A stretch of DNA of 64,000 bases from Candidatus Heimdallarchaeota archaeon (GTDB lineage Archaea; Asgardarchaeota; Heimdallarchaeia; Heimdallarchaeales; Heimdallarchaeaceae): the NCBI GenBank assembly GCA_030603365.1, contig JAUVXV010000016.1, forward strand, positions 1 to 64,000, read 5' to 3'. Made by a program: the position numbers and the translations under genes. The notes beneath the pieces were generated by a model. It had not been told where the DNA came from. It worked only from the letters and a program-made list of their open reading frames with translations, and ran no database searches. Shown in pieces: positions 43,013 through 53,353 of the stretch. Within the stretch, counting starts at the first letter, position 1; the number at the start of each line of letters is the position of its first letter.

Positions 43013-43171
43013 ATGAAAGTAGGTGCTTTCAAGAATGGTGATCCTCTTGGACCTGCTCTCCAGTACATGGCTATCAAAAAGTGTAAACAGTATGAATTTA
43101 GTGGATTAGAAAAGAAGTTAGCAAATTATCTAATGATGCAAGGCACTGATATAATTAAAACAATGCCTTAA
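43013..43171 (+). pseudogene. C-terminal ~50-aa remnant of the cassette TPR-like gene
   Basis: Reads (MK)VGAFKNGDPLGPALQYMAIKKCKQYEFSGLEKKLANYLMMQGTDIIKTMP*, fused directly to the promoter. Confidence 0.9.
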
Positions 43172-43224
43172 ATCACTTGTCTTTAATCTAATTGACCTTC
43201 AGGGGTTGAGATAAATGGTTTTTA

Positions 43225-43260
43225 ATCTTACCACAGAGAAATATAATTGCGTGGTAAGAT
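43225..43260. repeat. Inverted repeat ATCTTACCAC-N16-GTGGTAAGAT (copy 2)
   Basis: Same arms as 3435-3470; followed by a T-run. Confidence 0.85.
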
Positions 43261-43365
43261 TTTTTTGTTTGAAATTATCTGTGGTTGATCAATTATCTCC
43301 AAAGTAACAAAAATCATATGCCGATAAAGTTAAAAATTGGTAGGTTCGGGCTAATACATACTCAA

Positions 43366-43450
43366 GCGGAGATTGCCGAGTGGTCAAAGGCGCTAGAATG
43401 AGGATCTAGTCCTTAGTGGTCCGGGAGTTCGAATCTCCCTCTCCGCACCA
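43366..43450 (+). tRNA. tRNA-Leu(GAG)
   Basis: Anticodon arm CTAGA-ATGAGGA-TCTAG, long variable arm, CCA. Confidence 0.95.
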
Positions 43451-43459
43451 AATTTTGCT

Positions 43460-43636
43460 TCAGCCAAATAAATTATCTATAGATGTTGTTGACCAATCTA
43501 TAAGACTAAAAATAACTCCAAAGATAATCGCGAAGATTAAGATTGCAATACCAATGAGTAAAATTTCCTCTAGTATGGGTGATCCTCTCTTCTTCTTGAA
43601 GAGTTTGAGCTCTTTAAATAATAGTAACCTCAACAT
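43460..43636 (-). CDS. 58-aa Flp-like pilin with class III signal peptide (not in ORF track)
   Basis: MLRLLLFKELKLFKKKRG/SPILEEILLIGIAILIFAIIFGVIFSLIDWSTTSIDNLFG*: basic leader, G at -1, E at +5, hydrophobic helix. Confidence 0.7.
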   Translation of the reverse strand: MLRLLLFKELKLFKKKRGSPILEEILLIGIAILIFAIIFGVIFSLIDWSTTSIDNLFG

Positions 43637-43849
43637 AATTCTCAGCTATTATACTAATGTTGATATTTAAGCACCACAAATAGAGATTACTGTATTCTCC
43701 GCTTCCAAGTCTTATTTTCAAATAGTGGACAGCCTGTGCTTAAGTGATTACAACCAACCCAAAATACTCTATTTAAAAAACTTGGATATGGAAAACCTTT
43801 TTTACTATCATAAGGGGGTGCGATATAGAATCCTTTGCCGGGTGTAACT

Positions 43850-44683
43850 ATGGATATAGAGCTTATTGAACTGTTTCCTAATTCGATAAAATTCATTTTA
43901 TCAGATGTATCTTTAGCTTTTGCTAATGCAATAAGAAGGATAGGTTTAGCTGAAGTCTCATCCTTAGTTATAGAGGACGTTTATGTTCTAAAAAATACTT
44001 CTCCACTTTTTGATGAGTTTATCGCACATCGGCTGGGATTAATACCATTAAAATATGATATCGATGCTCTTGATTTAAATTTCAAGGATGAATGTGATTG
44101 TGGTGGAATTGGTTGCAACATGTGTACTGTAACCTTGACAATTTCTAAGGAAACCGACAATCAAACTACCACAGTAATCTATAGTTCTGATCTGATTTCG
44201 TCACAGAAAGGAGTTGAACCAATTAGTTCAACAATCCCCATTGTAAAATTAGGACCAAATCAAACATTGGAACTTGAATGTATGGCACAATTAGGCAAAG
44301 GAAAAGAACACGCAAAGTGGCAACCTGTTTCAGCTATGGGATACCAAATTTTTCCAATTCCCAAAATAAATAAGGATAAATGTACAAACTGCCTTATTTG
44401 CATAGAAGCTTGCTATAGGGGCGTTTTTCAAAAATCTGGTGAAAATGTTCAAGTAGCTAATCCTCTAAACTGCACTTTGTGTGATTATTGTTTAGATTTG
44501 TGTGAACCAGGAGCAATTACAATTAACAATGACCCTAGTAAGGTTATATTCTCCTTTGAAACAAATGGTGGAATAAATCCAGCTACTGTTTTAACAAAAT
44601 CAGGTGAATTACTTATCTCCAAAATCGACGAATTCAAAAAGACTTTGGAATCAACAGTTATTGAAAAGGAAAAAGAATCTTAA
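43850..44683 (+). CDS. rpoD: RNA polymerase subunit Rpo3 (D) with ferredoxin-like insert
   Basis: FANAIRR, DEFIAHRLGLIP, HAKW, two CxxCxxCxxxC motifs. Confidence 0.96.
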   Translation: MDIELIELFPNSIKFILSDVSLAFANAIRRIGLAEVSSLVIEDVYVLKNTSPLFDEFIAHRLGLIPLKYDIDALDLNFKDECDCGGIGCNMCTVTLTISKETDNQTTTVIYSSDLISSQKGVEPISSTIPIVKLGPNQTLELECMAQLGKGKEHAKWQPVSAMGYQIFPIPKINKDKCTNCLICIEACYRGVFQKSGENVQVANPLNCTLCDYCLDLCEPGAITINNDPSKVIFSFETNGGINPATVLTKSGELLISKIDEFKKTLESTVIEKEKES

Positions 44684-44693
44684 AGTGATTAAA

Positions 44694-45059
44694 ATGCCAA
44701 AAAGAACAGGATCAACTGATTCAAATGTATTAGAGTTGATAAATAAACTGAAGAAAAAATCAGCAGAAACAAACGCTTCCTTATGGAAGACAGTTGCTAA
44801 CAAAATAGAAAAACCTAGAAGACAAAGAGCTGCTGTTAATCTCAGCAAAATAAATAGGCACACTAAAGCCAATGATATTGCTGTCGTTCCAGGTTCTGTT
44901 TTAAGTTCTGGTGATTTAAAGCACAAAGTCACTATTGCTGCCCTTAGATTCTCAGAGGGAGCAAGAGAGAAAATCAATTCAGCTAATGGGAAGGTAATTA
45001 CACTAGAAGAATTACTGGAATCTGGGTTAAAAGTAAGTAAAATGAAAATAATTATCTAA
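44694..45059 (+). CDS. rpl18e: 50S ribosomal protein eL18
   Basis: VNLSKINR, VVPGSVL, VTIAALRFS. Confidence 0.95.
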   Translation: MPKRTGSTDSNVLELINKLKKKSAETNASLWKTVANKIEKPRRQRAAVNLSKINRHTKANDIAVVPGSVLSSGDLKHKVTIAALRFSEGAREKINSANGKVITLEELLESGLKVSKMKIII

Positions 45060-45073
45060 TTGAGGAAAACAAA

Positions 45074-45547
45074 ATGGCAAAAAAACAGAATAATGTGGCA
45101 ACAACCCAGGTAATCAAACCTAAAATCAATATTGATGCTGACAATGCTATTTTAGGCCGTTTGAGTTCTGAGGTAGCTAAATACCTATTAGAGGGTTATG
45201 AAGTTAATATTTTAAATTGTGAAAAAGCTGTAATCTCCGGTAAAAAACACTCTATACTAAGAGAATATAGAGTCATGCAACAAATCCACACTCATACAAA
45301 TCCAAGAAGGGGTCCTTTTCACCCTAAAAGACCAGATCGTTTGGTTAGAAGAACTGTTAGGGGTATGCTACCTTGGAAGAAAAGCAGAGGAAGACAGGCA
45401 TATCACAGACTATTGACCTATATTGGTGTGCCAGAGGAATTCTTAAAGAGTGAAATAATCAAACCTAAATTTGCAGATGCAGATAAACTTACAAACAAAA
45501 AAACAACAATCGGCGAACTTTGTAAAGAGTTCGGATGGCAAGAATAA
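45074..45547 (+). CDS. rpl13: 50S ribosomal protein uL13
   Basis: DADNAILGRL, GPFHPKRPD, VRGMLP. Confidence 0.97.
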   Translation: MAKKQNNVATTQVIKPKINIDADNAILGRLSSEVAKYLLEGYEVNILNCEKAVISGKKHSILREYRVMQQIHTHTNPRRGPFHPKRPDRLVRRTVRGMLPWKKSRGRQAYHRLLTYIGVPEEFLKSEIIKPKFADADKLTNKKTTIGELCKEFGWQE

Positions 45548-45561
45548 AAAAGGTGAAGAAT

Positions 45562-45966
45562 ATGGGTAAAGTTATTGTTTCTTCAGGAAAAAGGAAAACA
45601 GCTATAGCTAGAGCTACAGTTAAGCAAGGAAAAGGTAGAATTAGAGTAAATGGTGTTCCTTTGGAAGTTCTACCAAATGAATTAAGCAAAATAAAAATCA
45701 GCGAAATATTTATTATAGCTGGTGAAGAAAAAAGAGACTCGATTGATGTAAAAATCAATGTTAGGGGCGGTGGTTATATGGGACAAGCTGAGGCAATAAG
45801 AACTGCTATTGCTAGAGGTTTAATAGAATATTTTGATGACTTAGGTTTAAAAGAGAAATTTGTTCTATATGATAAAACAATAGTTTCAGGTGATCCTAGA
45901 AGAACTGAACCAAAGCATTTTGGTGGAAAAAGTTCCAGGTCTAGATTTCAAAAATCATATAGATAA
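45562..45966 (+). CDS. rps9: 30S ribosomal protein uS9
   Basis: GKRKTAIA, GGGYMGQA, QKSYR. Confidence 0.97.
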   Translation: MGKVIVSSGKRKTAIARATVKQGKGRIRVNGVPLEVLPNELSKIKISEIFIIAGEEKRDSIDVKINVRGGGYMGQAEAIRTAIARGLIEYFDDLGLKEKFVLYDKTIVSGDPRRTEPKHFGGKSSRSRFQKSYR

Positions 45967-45997
45967 CTATTTTATTTTATTCTCTTATCATTAAAAA

Positions 45998-47029
45998 ATG
46001 ACATCTGAATTAGATTGCTCTATAGGTGAAGGAGGGGGTTCAATAATAAGAATCTCTGTTGCTTTAGCTGCAGGTAAAAATAGTAAATTGACACTATATA
46101 ATATACGTTCTAATAGATCCAATCCTGGACTTAGAGCTCAACATATTGAAGCAATAAGTGCAATAAAGCAATTTTCTGGTATGTCTTCGTTGGATTTACA
46201 AGTTGGAAATTCTCAACTAACATTAACTAAAGAAAAAGAAGAAAATAATGTCGCTTCTGTTAATATAAAAACAGCAGGAAGTATAGGTTTGGTTACTCAG
46301 GCTGTTATGTTCTATTCCTTTTCTCAAAAAAGAGATCTTGAATTAGTCATAAATGGAGGAGCAACACATGGAAAATGGGCTCCTTCAATCGAGTACATTC
46401 AAAATGTGACAAATAAAATTGTTAGTAAGATGAACAAAAAAATTACACTGTCCTCATCTAGATATGGTTTTTTTCCAAAAGGTGGTTCTAAAGTACAATG
46501 TAATTTTAGTAAGCATAATAATCTAACCCCTCTTAATTTGGTTGAAAGAGGAGAGCTGGAGAAGATTGAGATTTATTCTACAGTTTCTAAAGATTTGGCT
46601 GAAAGACAGGTTGCAGAAAGGCAAAGTAAATCCTTTCTCAAGGAAATTAATATCAGTGTAGAAGTTGTTGAAAATATAAACTATGTAGATAGTCTGTGTT
46701 CTGGAACTGGATTAACTATAGTTGATTGTTATTCTTCAGGAGCTAGAATGGGTTGTTTTATTCCTGGAGAAAGAAAACTCCCCGCTGAAAAAATAGGTTC
46801 TCTTTGTGCTAATTTGTGGAGAAAGAATTCTAGTAGTTCTGCTTCGGTAGATGCTTATGCAGCTGATCAAATGATTGTACCAATGGCTTTAGTTGAAGGT
46901 AAATCTGAAATTACAACAACTGAAATAACAAACCATACAAGAACAAACATTCAGTTAGTTCAAAAATTCATTAAAAGAGATATTACTTTTAGTAGGGAGA
47001 AGGATTGCTTTAGTATTATAGTCAACTAA
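45998..47029 (+). CDS. rtcA: RNA 3'-terminal phosphate cyclase
   Basis: GEGGGSIIR, RSNPGLRAQH, GFFPKGG, ADQ, TNHTRTN (catalytic His). Confidence 0.92.
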   Translation: MTSELDCSIGEGGGSIIRISVALAAGKNSKLTLYNIRSNRSNPGLRAQHIEAISAIKQFSGMSSLDLQVGNSQLTLTKEKEENNVASVNIKTAGSIGLVTQAVMFYSFSQKRDLELVINGGATHGKWAPSIEYIQNVTNKIVSKMNKKITLSSSRYGFFPKGGSKVQCNFSKHNNLTPLNLVERGELEKIEIYSTVSKDLAERQVAERQSKSFLKEINISVEVVENINYVDSLCSGTGLTIVDCYSSGARMGCFIPGERKLPAEKIGSLCANLWRKNSSSSASVDAYAADQMIVPMALVEGKSEITTTEITNHTRTNIQLVQKFIKRDITFSREKDCFSIIVN

Positions 47030-47179
47030 TCATGATTTCTAACTGAAATTAATAGGAATTCTTTCTTAACGACATATTTATATGATACTAACTGTGCCGG
47101 GGTACGACATAAAAAGCATAGTATTCAATTACTATAAGATTAGAAAGAAGTGTCATAATAGTCAAAATAAACAAATAAA

Positions 47180-48190
47180 GTGATGTTTATGGGGCATCGA
47201 AGGGTCAGTGCTCCCCATCGGTCATCTCTCGGATACCGAAGGGTAAGAGCTAGAAGAATGATCCCTGCACCTCGAGCTTGGCAAGAATACGAGGGTGCTC
47301 CGAAATTGTTAGGATTTCTGGGAATAAAAGCAGGGATGACACATTGTGTGTACATTGAAGATCGACCAAGGAGTCACTTGGCGAATAGAGAGATTACAAC
47401 AGCTGTAACTTGCATAGAAACACCACCTATTGTAATATTTAATTTGCGTGGATATAAGAAAACAGCTTATGGGCTTCAGATAGCTGCAGATCTTTTAGCA
47501 TCTGAAACTAAAGAGGAACTCAAAAGAAAGATAAAGCTTCCAAAAGAATACAACTTTAAGAAATCTAAAAAGAACTTTGACGATAATCTTAACGACATAG
47601 TGGAGCTTCGTGCTGTTGTTCATACACAACCACATTTAACTGGAATTGGTATGAAAACACCTCAAATTGCTGAAATTAAAATAGGCTGTAGCAATATCAA
47701 AGAAGGATATGAATATGGTCTTTCTCTATTAGGAAAAGAATTGCTAATAAGAGATGTTTTCAAAGCAGGAGAGTTTGTTGATGCACTTGGTGTAACAAAA
47801 GGAAAAGGTTTCCAAGGTCCTGTCAAAAGACATGGTGTCAAGATTCTACAACATAAATCTAAAGGAACAAAAAGAGGTGTAGGTTCCATTGGACCATGGA
47901 CTCCTGCTAGAACCATGTGGACTATACCTAGATATGGTCAAATGGGTTTTCATATGCGAACTGATTACAATAAAAGAATTATGCAAATTGGTTCTGATGG
48001 TGCTCAAATTGTTCCTAAAGGTGGTTTTGTGAGGTATGGTGTGGTTAAAAATAACTATCTTTTAGTAAAAGGATCAATTCCGGGATCAAAGAAGAGAACA
48101 GTTATGCTGAGAGGACCAGTAAGAAAAACTCCTCAAGCAATAAAGGAACCACAAGTCCTCTTCATTTCAACGAAGAGTCAGCAAGGTTAG
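47180..48190 (+). CDS. rpl3: 50S ribosomal protein uL3
   Basis: KAGMTH, TKGKGFQGPVKRHG, GGFVRYG. Confidence 0.97.
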   Translation: MMFMGHRRVSAPHRSSLGYRRVRARRMIPAPRAWQEYEGAPKLLGFLGIKAGMTHCVYIEDRPRSHLANREITTAVTCIETPPIVIFNLRGYKKTAYGLQIAADLLASETKEELKRKIKLPKEYNFKKSKKNFDDNLNDIVELRAVVHTQPHLTGIGMKTPQIAEIKIGCSNIKEGYEYGLSLLGKELLIRDVFKAGEFVDALGVTKGKGFQGPVKRHGVKILQHKSKGTKRGVGSIGPWTPARTMWTIPRYGQMGFHMRTDYNKRIMQIGSDGAQIVPKGGFVRYGVVKNNYLLVKGSIPGSKKRTVMLRGPVRKTPQAIKEPQVLFISTKSQQG

Positions 48191-48200
48191 AAAGAGGTAG

Positions 48201-48992
48201 ATGATGATGAATGTAACAAAATACTCAATAAAAGGACAAAAAATAGACGAGAAAGTAGAACTTCCAAATGTGTTCGAAACAACCTTACGTCCTGATGTTA
48301 TTAAGAGAGCTGTTCTTGCTGAACAAAGCTGGAAAAGACAACGAAAAGGTGTTAGTCCTTTTGCAGGTAAGTTAGTTGCTGTTGAAAATTGGGGGCCAGG
48401 TAGAGGTGCAGCACGTGTTCCTCGTATAAAAGGATCTCGAACACATAGTGCGCAAAGAACTGCATTTATTCCACAAGCTAGAGGCGGTCATAAAGCACAT
48501 CCTCCCACAGCAGAGAAGAGAATAATTGAAAAGATAAACAGAAAAGAACATCTACTCGCTCTTAAGTCAGCTATTGCATTTACAGCTCAGAAAGAAGCAG
48601 TAAGTGATAGAGGACACAGATTTGAAGATAAAATGGAATTTCCAATTATTATAGAATCAAAAGCTGAGACAATTGAGAAAACAAGTGATGCTCTTCGCTT
48701 ATTAAACAATCTAGGACTCTCTTTAGAGCTTATGAGAATAAAAATAGGAAAAAATGTTCGTGCAGGTAAAGGTAAAATGAGGGGTCGTAAATACAAAGTT
48801 CCTGTTGGACCTTTAATTATAGTAAAGAACAGAGATTGCTCCCTAATTAAAGCAGGACGAAATATCTTAGGTGCTGAGGTTATATCTGTTAGTGATCTTA
48901 CCACTGAGATTTTAGCTCCAGGAACGTACCCTGGAAGACTCACTATATGGACAGAGGATGCAATACAATCCTTGATTGAAAGATTCGGGTGA
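48201..48992 (+). CDS. rpl4: 50S ribosomal protein uL4
   Basis: WGPGRGAARVPR, RAGKGKMRGR, LAPG..PGRLTIWT. Confidence 0.97.
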   Translation: MMMNVTKYSIKGQKIDEKVELPNVFETTLRPDVIKRAVLAEQSWKRQRKGVSPFAGKLVAVENWGPGRGAARVPRIKGSRTHSAQRTAFIPQARGGHKAHPPTAEKRIIEKINRKEHLLALKSAIAFTAQKEAVSDRGHRFEDKMEFPIIIESKAETIEKTSDALRLLNNLGLSLELMRIKIGKNVRAGKGKMRGRKYKVPVGPLIIVKNRDCSLIKAGRNILGAEVISVSDLTTEILAPGTYPGRLTIWTEDAIQSLIERFG

Positions 48993-48998
48993 TGAAAA

Positions 48999-49259
48999 AT
49001 GGATCCATACAAAATAATAAAGAAACCACTAATATCTGAGAAAGATTTTGAGTTAATAGAGACGGAAAATAAACTAGTAATATTAGTAGATCTCAGAGCA
49101 ACTAAACACCAAATTAAAAAGGCCATAGAACAGCTTTATAATGTAAAAGTTGAGAAAGTTAATACTTTGATAACTCCAAAAGGGACAAAGAAAGCATATG
49201 TACGATTAAGCGAGTTTGATGATGCTGCAGATATAGCATCAAGGATGGGCTTATTCTAA
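48999..49259 (+). CDS. rpl23: 50S ribosomal protein uL23
   Basis: PLISEK, KVNTLI, KKAYVRL. Confidence 0.97.
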   Translation: MDPYKIIKKPLISEKDFELIETENKLVILVDLRATKHQIKKAIEQLYNVKVEKVNTLITPKGTKKAYVRLSEFDDAADIASRMGLF

Positions 49260-49273
49260 AAAAGGTGATATGA

Positions 49274-50008
49274 ATGGGTAAGAAAATTTTAGTTCAAAGA
49301 CGTGGAAGAGGAACATCAAAATTTCGAGCTGCTTCACACAAAAAGAAGGGTAGTGTAAAGTACAGAAAATTAGCGAAGTTAGAATATACAGGAACCATTA
49401 CAGGAGAAGTTAAAGATTTTGTTCATGACCCTGGAAGGGGTGCACCAGTTGCAAATATCTTATTCGAAGATGGACTTAAGAAAATAATTCTACCTTCAGA
49501 AGGCCTAAGAGTAGGGCAGGAAATTGAATATGGTGTAACTGCAGCAGTTCAATTAGGAAATACAATGCCTTTACAAGCAATTCCAGACGGTTCCCCTGTT
49601 TTTAATATTGAATTAACACCTGGGGATGGCGGTCGGTTAATAAGATCTAGCGGTGGATATGCAACTATTCTAGGTAGAGACAAAGGAAAAGTTACTCTTC
49701 AGCTTCCTAGCGGAGAAATGAAGGAAATTCCACAAAGATGTAGAGCAACAATAGGTATTGTTGCTGGTGGTGGAAGAACAGAAAAACCCTTTGTAAAAGC
49801 AGGAAACAAATTCCATTTGAAGAAAGCAAAAGGTCACACCTATCCCAAAGTTAGAGGAGTCGCAATGAATGCTGTTTCCCATCCACATGGTGGTGGGGCA
49901 CACCAAGGTCCTCCAAGATCAACAACTGTCTCAAGGCATGCACAACCTGGTAGAAAAGTTGGTCTGATTGCAGCTAGAAGAAGTGGTAGAAGAAGAGGTA
50001 AGAAATAG
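49274..50008 (+). CDS. rpl2: 50S ribosomal protein uL2
   Basis: HDPGRGAP, VRGVAMN..HPHGGG, KVGLIAARRSG. Confidence 0.97.
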   Translation: MGKKILVQRRGRGTSKFRAASHKKKGSVKYRKLAKLEYTGTITGEVKDFVHDPGRGAPVANILFEDGLKKIILPSEGLRVGQEIEYGVTAAVQLGNTMPLQAIPDGSPVFNIELTPGDGGRLIRSSGGYATILGRDKGKVTLQLPSGEMKEIPQRCRATIGIVAGGGRTEKPFVKAGNKFHLKKAKGHTYPKVRGVAMNAVSHPHGGGAHQGPPRSTTVSRHAQPGRKVGLIAARRSGRRRGKK

Positions 50009-50193
50009 TTCTTCCTACTTTATTTCTTTTTTAATGATAACATTCAATTTTTAATGTTTTTTTAGAAGATCGTTTATTATATTCAATAGTATATTTCAAG
50101 AAAATATGAAAATGTATTTAAACTAACCAAATTTGATGTACAAAAATTAGTCATTATAAAGACATTTAACAACATTATACTGAGGAGATAATA

Positions 50194-50937
50194 ATGGAAA
50201 GCAAGAATCTTTATGGGGATTTGGAATTTGTTTTTAATGAACCCCAAAACTTTGAAGGTTGTACATTACTTAATGGTTGGCATGGAATTGGTGAATGTGG
50301 TTTTATTTCGATGAGTCACCTAGTAGATAAATTGAATGCTGAGAGAATAGGTTATATTATTACAAGTAATATTCCACAATTCATAACCATAAAGAATAAC
50401 AGAATAACCTTTCCTTTTGAAATTTATAGAAAAGATGATATTGTAATAATCTTACCAATATTCGAACCTATTAAGTCTGAACATTTGATATTCACAAAGA
50501 GTGTTGTACAATGGTCTATTGATAATAAATTTAAGCAAGCAATACTAGTTGGTGGATTAGATAGAAGATTAAAAGAAGATGTGGAGCTTAAGGCTATATA
50601 TACAAAAGCCTTTAGAGAAAAAAGAACCGATGTGGAGATACCTTTTCTTGAAGAAGGTTTGTATGTTACAGGACCTTTAGCATATATGTTGATGTTTTAT
50701 GAATTACACGATTTTGAAGCCTTAGCACTTTTACCATATGCAGAAAGATCTAGGCCAGATCCGGTTGCTGCCAGTATTGCAGTAAGTGAAATCAATAATA
50801 TCCTCAATATTGATGTTAATGTTCAAGAGTTATTAGATGAGGCTGAGAAGATAGAAAAGGAAATTGAATCTCTAATTCAAGCAAGTAAAACACGGAGAGA
50901 TTCTGATAAGGATGCAGATGAGGGAATGTTTGTTTAG
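50194..50937 (+). CDS. PAC2-family (proteasome assembly chaperone-like) protein
   Basis: GWHGIGECGFI, VGG, PDPVAA, LLDEAEKIE. Confidence 0.85.
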   Translation: MESKNLYGDLEFVFNEPQNFEGCTLLNGWHGIGECGFISMSHLVDKLNAERIGYIITSNIPQFITIKNNRITFPFEIYRKDDIVIILPIFEPIKSEHLIFTKSVVQWSIDNKFKQAILVGGLDRRLKEDVELKAIYTKAFREKRTDVEIPFLEEGLYVTGPLAYMLMFYELHDFEALALLPYAERSRPDPVAASIAVSEINNILNIDVNVQELLDEAEKIEKEIESLIQASKTRRDSDKDADEGMFV

Positions 50938-50945
50938 AAAAACAT

Positions 50946-52058
50946 TCAAAATTCATAATTTATTTCTTCTTCATTAGGAGGAAGAAATTCCTTAGCTATA
51001 ATTATCTTCTGAGATTCCTTAAATTTTTCAGCAGTTTTAACGATATTTATTACTCTTGTTTCCAGTTCAGAGATTAAGGGTTCCAAACTTTCAATGCTTT
51101 TCATAGATATAAAAAATTCAATTCCGAATAATGCTTTACTTCTTTTAATTTCCTCCTCCGAAATCAAATCTATTTTATTAAGAACTCTAATCATAGGAAC
51201 ATTAAGAAATTCTTTTTCAATGTCTTCAAAAAGATTCAACTGTTCATCGGGTGTGATGACTGCATCTTTTGATATATCAAAGATAAAAACTATAATATCA
51301 GAAACATACCTTATTGAAGCTATACTTTGTCGTTCTATCATATTTCTCTCTCTAAAAGGCCTGTCCAATAAACCAGGTGTATCTACAACTTGAACATTGG
51401 TAACAGCTAAATCTCTATGACCAAAGATAATTTGTTTGGTTGTAAACGGATATTCTGCTACCTCTGGTTTACCAGAAGAAATCTTTCTTACAAGAGATGA
51501 TTTTCCCACATTGGGCGCACCTGCAATAACAATTGTTGGATATGTAACGTTAAAATCTGGGATGGTTTTCAGTTTTTTTATAGTTTTTCTTAGATAATTT
51601 ACATCCCCTCTAGCTTTCTTAATTAGAGAAGCTATCCTACCACTACTTTCTTTTCTGATTTTTGCCATTTCTAAAGGATGATCAGATAGTCTTAATTTGG
51701 ACATCTGTTCTTTTTCGATTTCCTTAATTTGGTTAGCGATACCATCTATTCGACCTAAAATCCTCCTAATCTGATCTATACTTCCTATTAAATCGCAAAG
51801 TTCAATATAGAAAGGATGTATATTTTCAATCCAAGGAAATTGCTTTGTTATATCCAGTAACTTCTCTGATATCACTTCTGCTAGTTTATAGATTCGATCT
51901 CTTTCAAAGGATGCTATTTTTTCTTCTCTAGTGCGTCTCTTTGAAGTTTTCATTCTCAGTTTTTTGACCTGTTTAAATGCAATGGAAAGTATCTCATCAA
52001 CTGAAGGAACATACTTAACCTGTCTAAATGGATTTCCCTTATATTGCTTTTTCATCAC
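50946..52058 (-). CDS. NOG1-family ribosome biogenesis GTPase
   Basis: HPFY, GAPNVGKSS, YPFTT, DTPGLLDR, NKID. Confidence 0.93.
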   Translation of the reverse strand: MMKKQYKGNPFRQVKYVPSVDEILSIAFKQVKKLRMKTSKRRTREEKIASFERDRIYKLAEVISEKLLDITKQFPWIENIHPFYIELCDLIGSIDQIRRILGRIDGIANQIKEIEKEQMSKLRLSDHPLEMAKIRKESSGRIASLIKKARGDVNYLRKTIKKLKTIPDFNVTYPTIVIAGAPNVGKSSLVRKISSGKPEVAEYPFTTKQIIFGHRDLAVTNVQVVDTPGLLDRPFRERNMIERQSIASIRYVSDIIVFIFDISKDAVITPDEQLNLFEDIEKEFLNVPMIRVLNKIDLISEEEIKRSKALFGIEFFISMKSIESLEPLISELETRVINIVKTAEKFKESQKIIIAKEFLPPNEEEINYEF

Positions 52059-53176
52059 ACATAATCACTTCCAATGACTGATAAATCAATATCGTGATCA
52101 AAGTATTTGTCAATGTTCTTTATAACTTCCTTTTTTCTTCTATTATACCCTTCTTGGTATTTTAGAATCATTTCAATCAAATTTGGCTTACAATCAAGAC
52201 CACAGATAAGATTACCTGATCTGCAGCCATTCTCTATTTTTTGTAGTTCCTCATCATCTTCTACAAAATACTTTTTGAACCAATCAAAAACTGTACATAT
52301 CTCAGGATTTGCTCCAAGTTCTCTTTGTTCTTTAATGGTAGTTCTACCACCGGTAAGAGCTTTCATTATTTTCTTTTTGATGATTTCAGGTTCATCTCGT
52401 AGAAATACACATGTTTCTTCAGCTGATGAAGACATGGGACCACCTGTTAAACCTTTAAGGTATTGGATATAGAGAGAACCTGGCAATGTTATTTTCCGTT
52501 TTCTCGATATATCTCTTGTTAATCTCATATATACATCTTGATCTAATCCAATTGGTACAACAACTGGTAAATCATGATCAATAGTAGGTTGAAGTATGTG
52601 TGCAGCTTGAATAAATGTATAATAACTTGTTCCAGCATTTTCTTCACCTGTAAGACCAAGTGCAGCTTTTATTGCGTTGTAGGTTTGATTTATTGAGAAA
52701 GAAAGTGCTAAATAATGTATTCTAGGAGTTATGCTTGATATATATGCATGTACATTTTCTGGGTTAAAACCTATTGCAAAAATATCAATTGCATTTTCAA
52801 TGGCCAATTTATATGTTCCTTCTAAAGAATCGACCTTTCGAAATACATACTTTTCATCATCTGAAAAAGGTAGAAAATATTTACAATTATACTTGTCTTG
52901 TAAATATCGTATTAAATCAAAGAGAATGAGATGACCAAAATGTAAATCATTAGACGGTCCTCTACCGCTTATAATAGCAAAAGATTTATTCTTCTCAACC
53001 CTATCTAAGATTTTATCAAAATCTCTGTGGGCAAAAACAACACCCCTTCTAAAGAATAGGTGCTCTGTTCCAATTCTAGGGAGTATTTTCTCTACTTTGG
53101 AAATGCCAAATTCCTTGAGTATTTGATTATAATCTTCTCTTTTTTCAATATCATGGGGTTCTGTACTTTGATTCAT
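52055..53176 (-). CDS. trpS: Tryptophanyl-tRNA synthetase (archaeal/eukaryotic type)
   Basis: RRGVVFAHRD, GRGPS..HFGH, DDEK, DQD, PMSSS, TGGR. Confidence 0.95.
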   Translation of the reverse strand: MNQSTEPHDIEKREDYNQILKEFGISKVEKILPRIGTEHLFFRRGVVFAHRDFDKILDRVEKNKSFAIISGRGPSNDLHFGHLILFDLIRYLQDKYNCKYFLPFSDDEKYVFRKVDSLEGTYKLAIENAIDIFAIGFNPENVHAYISSITPRIHYLALSFSINQTYNAIKAALGLTGEENAGTSYYTFIQAAHILQPTIDHDLPVVVPIGLDQDVYMRLTRDISRKRKITLPGSLYIQYLKGLTGGPMSSSAEETCVFLRDEPEIIKKKIMKALTGGRTTIKEQRELGANPEICTVFDWFKKYFVEDDEELQKIENGCRSGNLICGLDCKPNLIEMILKYQEGYNRRKKEVIKNIDKYFDHDIDLSVIGSDYV

Positions 53177-53353
53177 TGTTACACCTCATAGAAAAAAAAC
53201 TACAATTAAAAGCTTGATTATATGGTACTGGAATCACCCCTAATTCACTATTTAGGGAAAACAAACCAAGAAAAGCTATTTCCAGTCCAAGTTACCACAC
53301 TCATTTATTTTTAAGAAAAAACTCTTTATAAGAATATCGCCCAAAGTAAAACA

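Noticed and set aside
42621-43365. Replication origin beside cdc6
   Set aside because: No recognisable repeated ORB (TTCCAGTGGAAA..G-string) elements seen; much of the interval is the cassette remnant.
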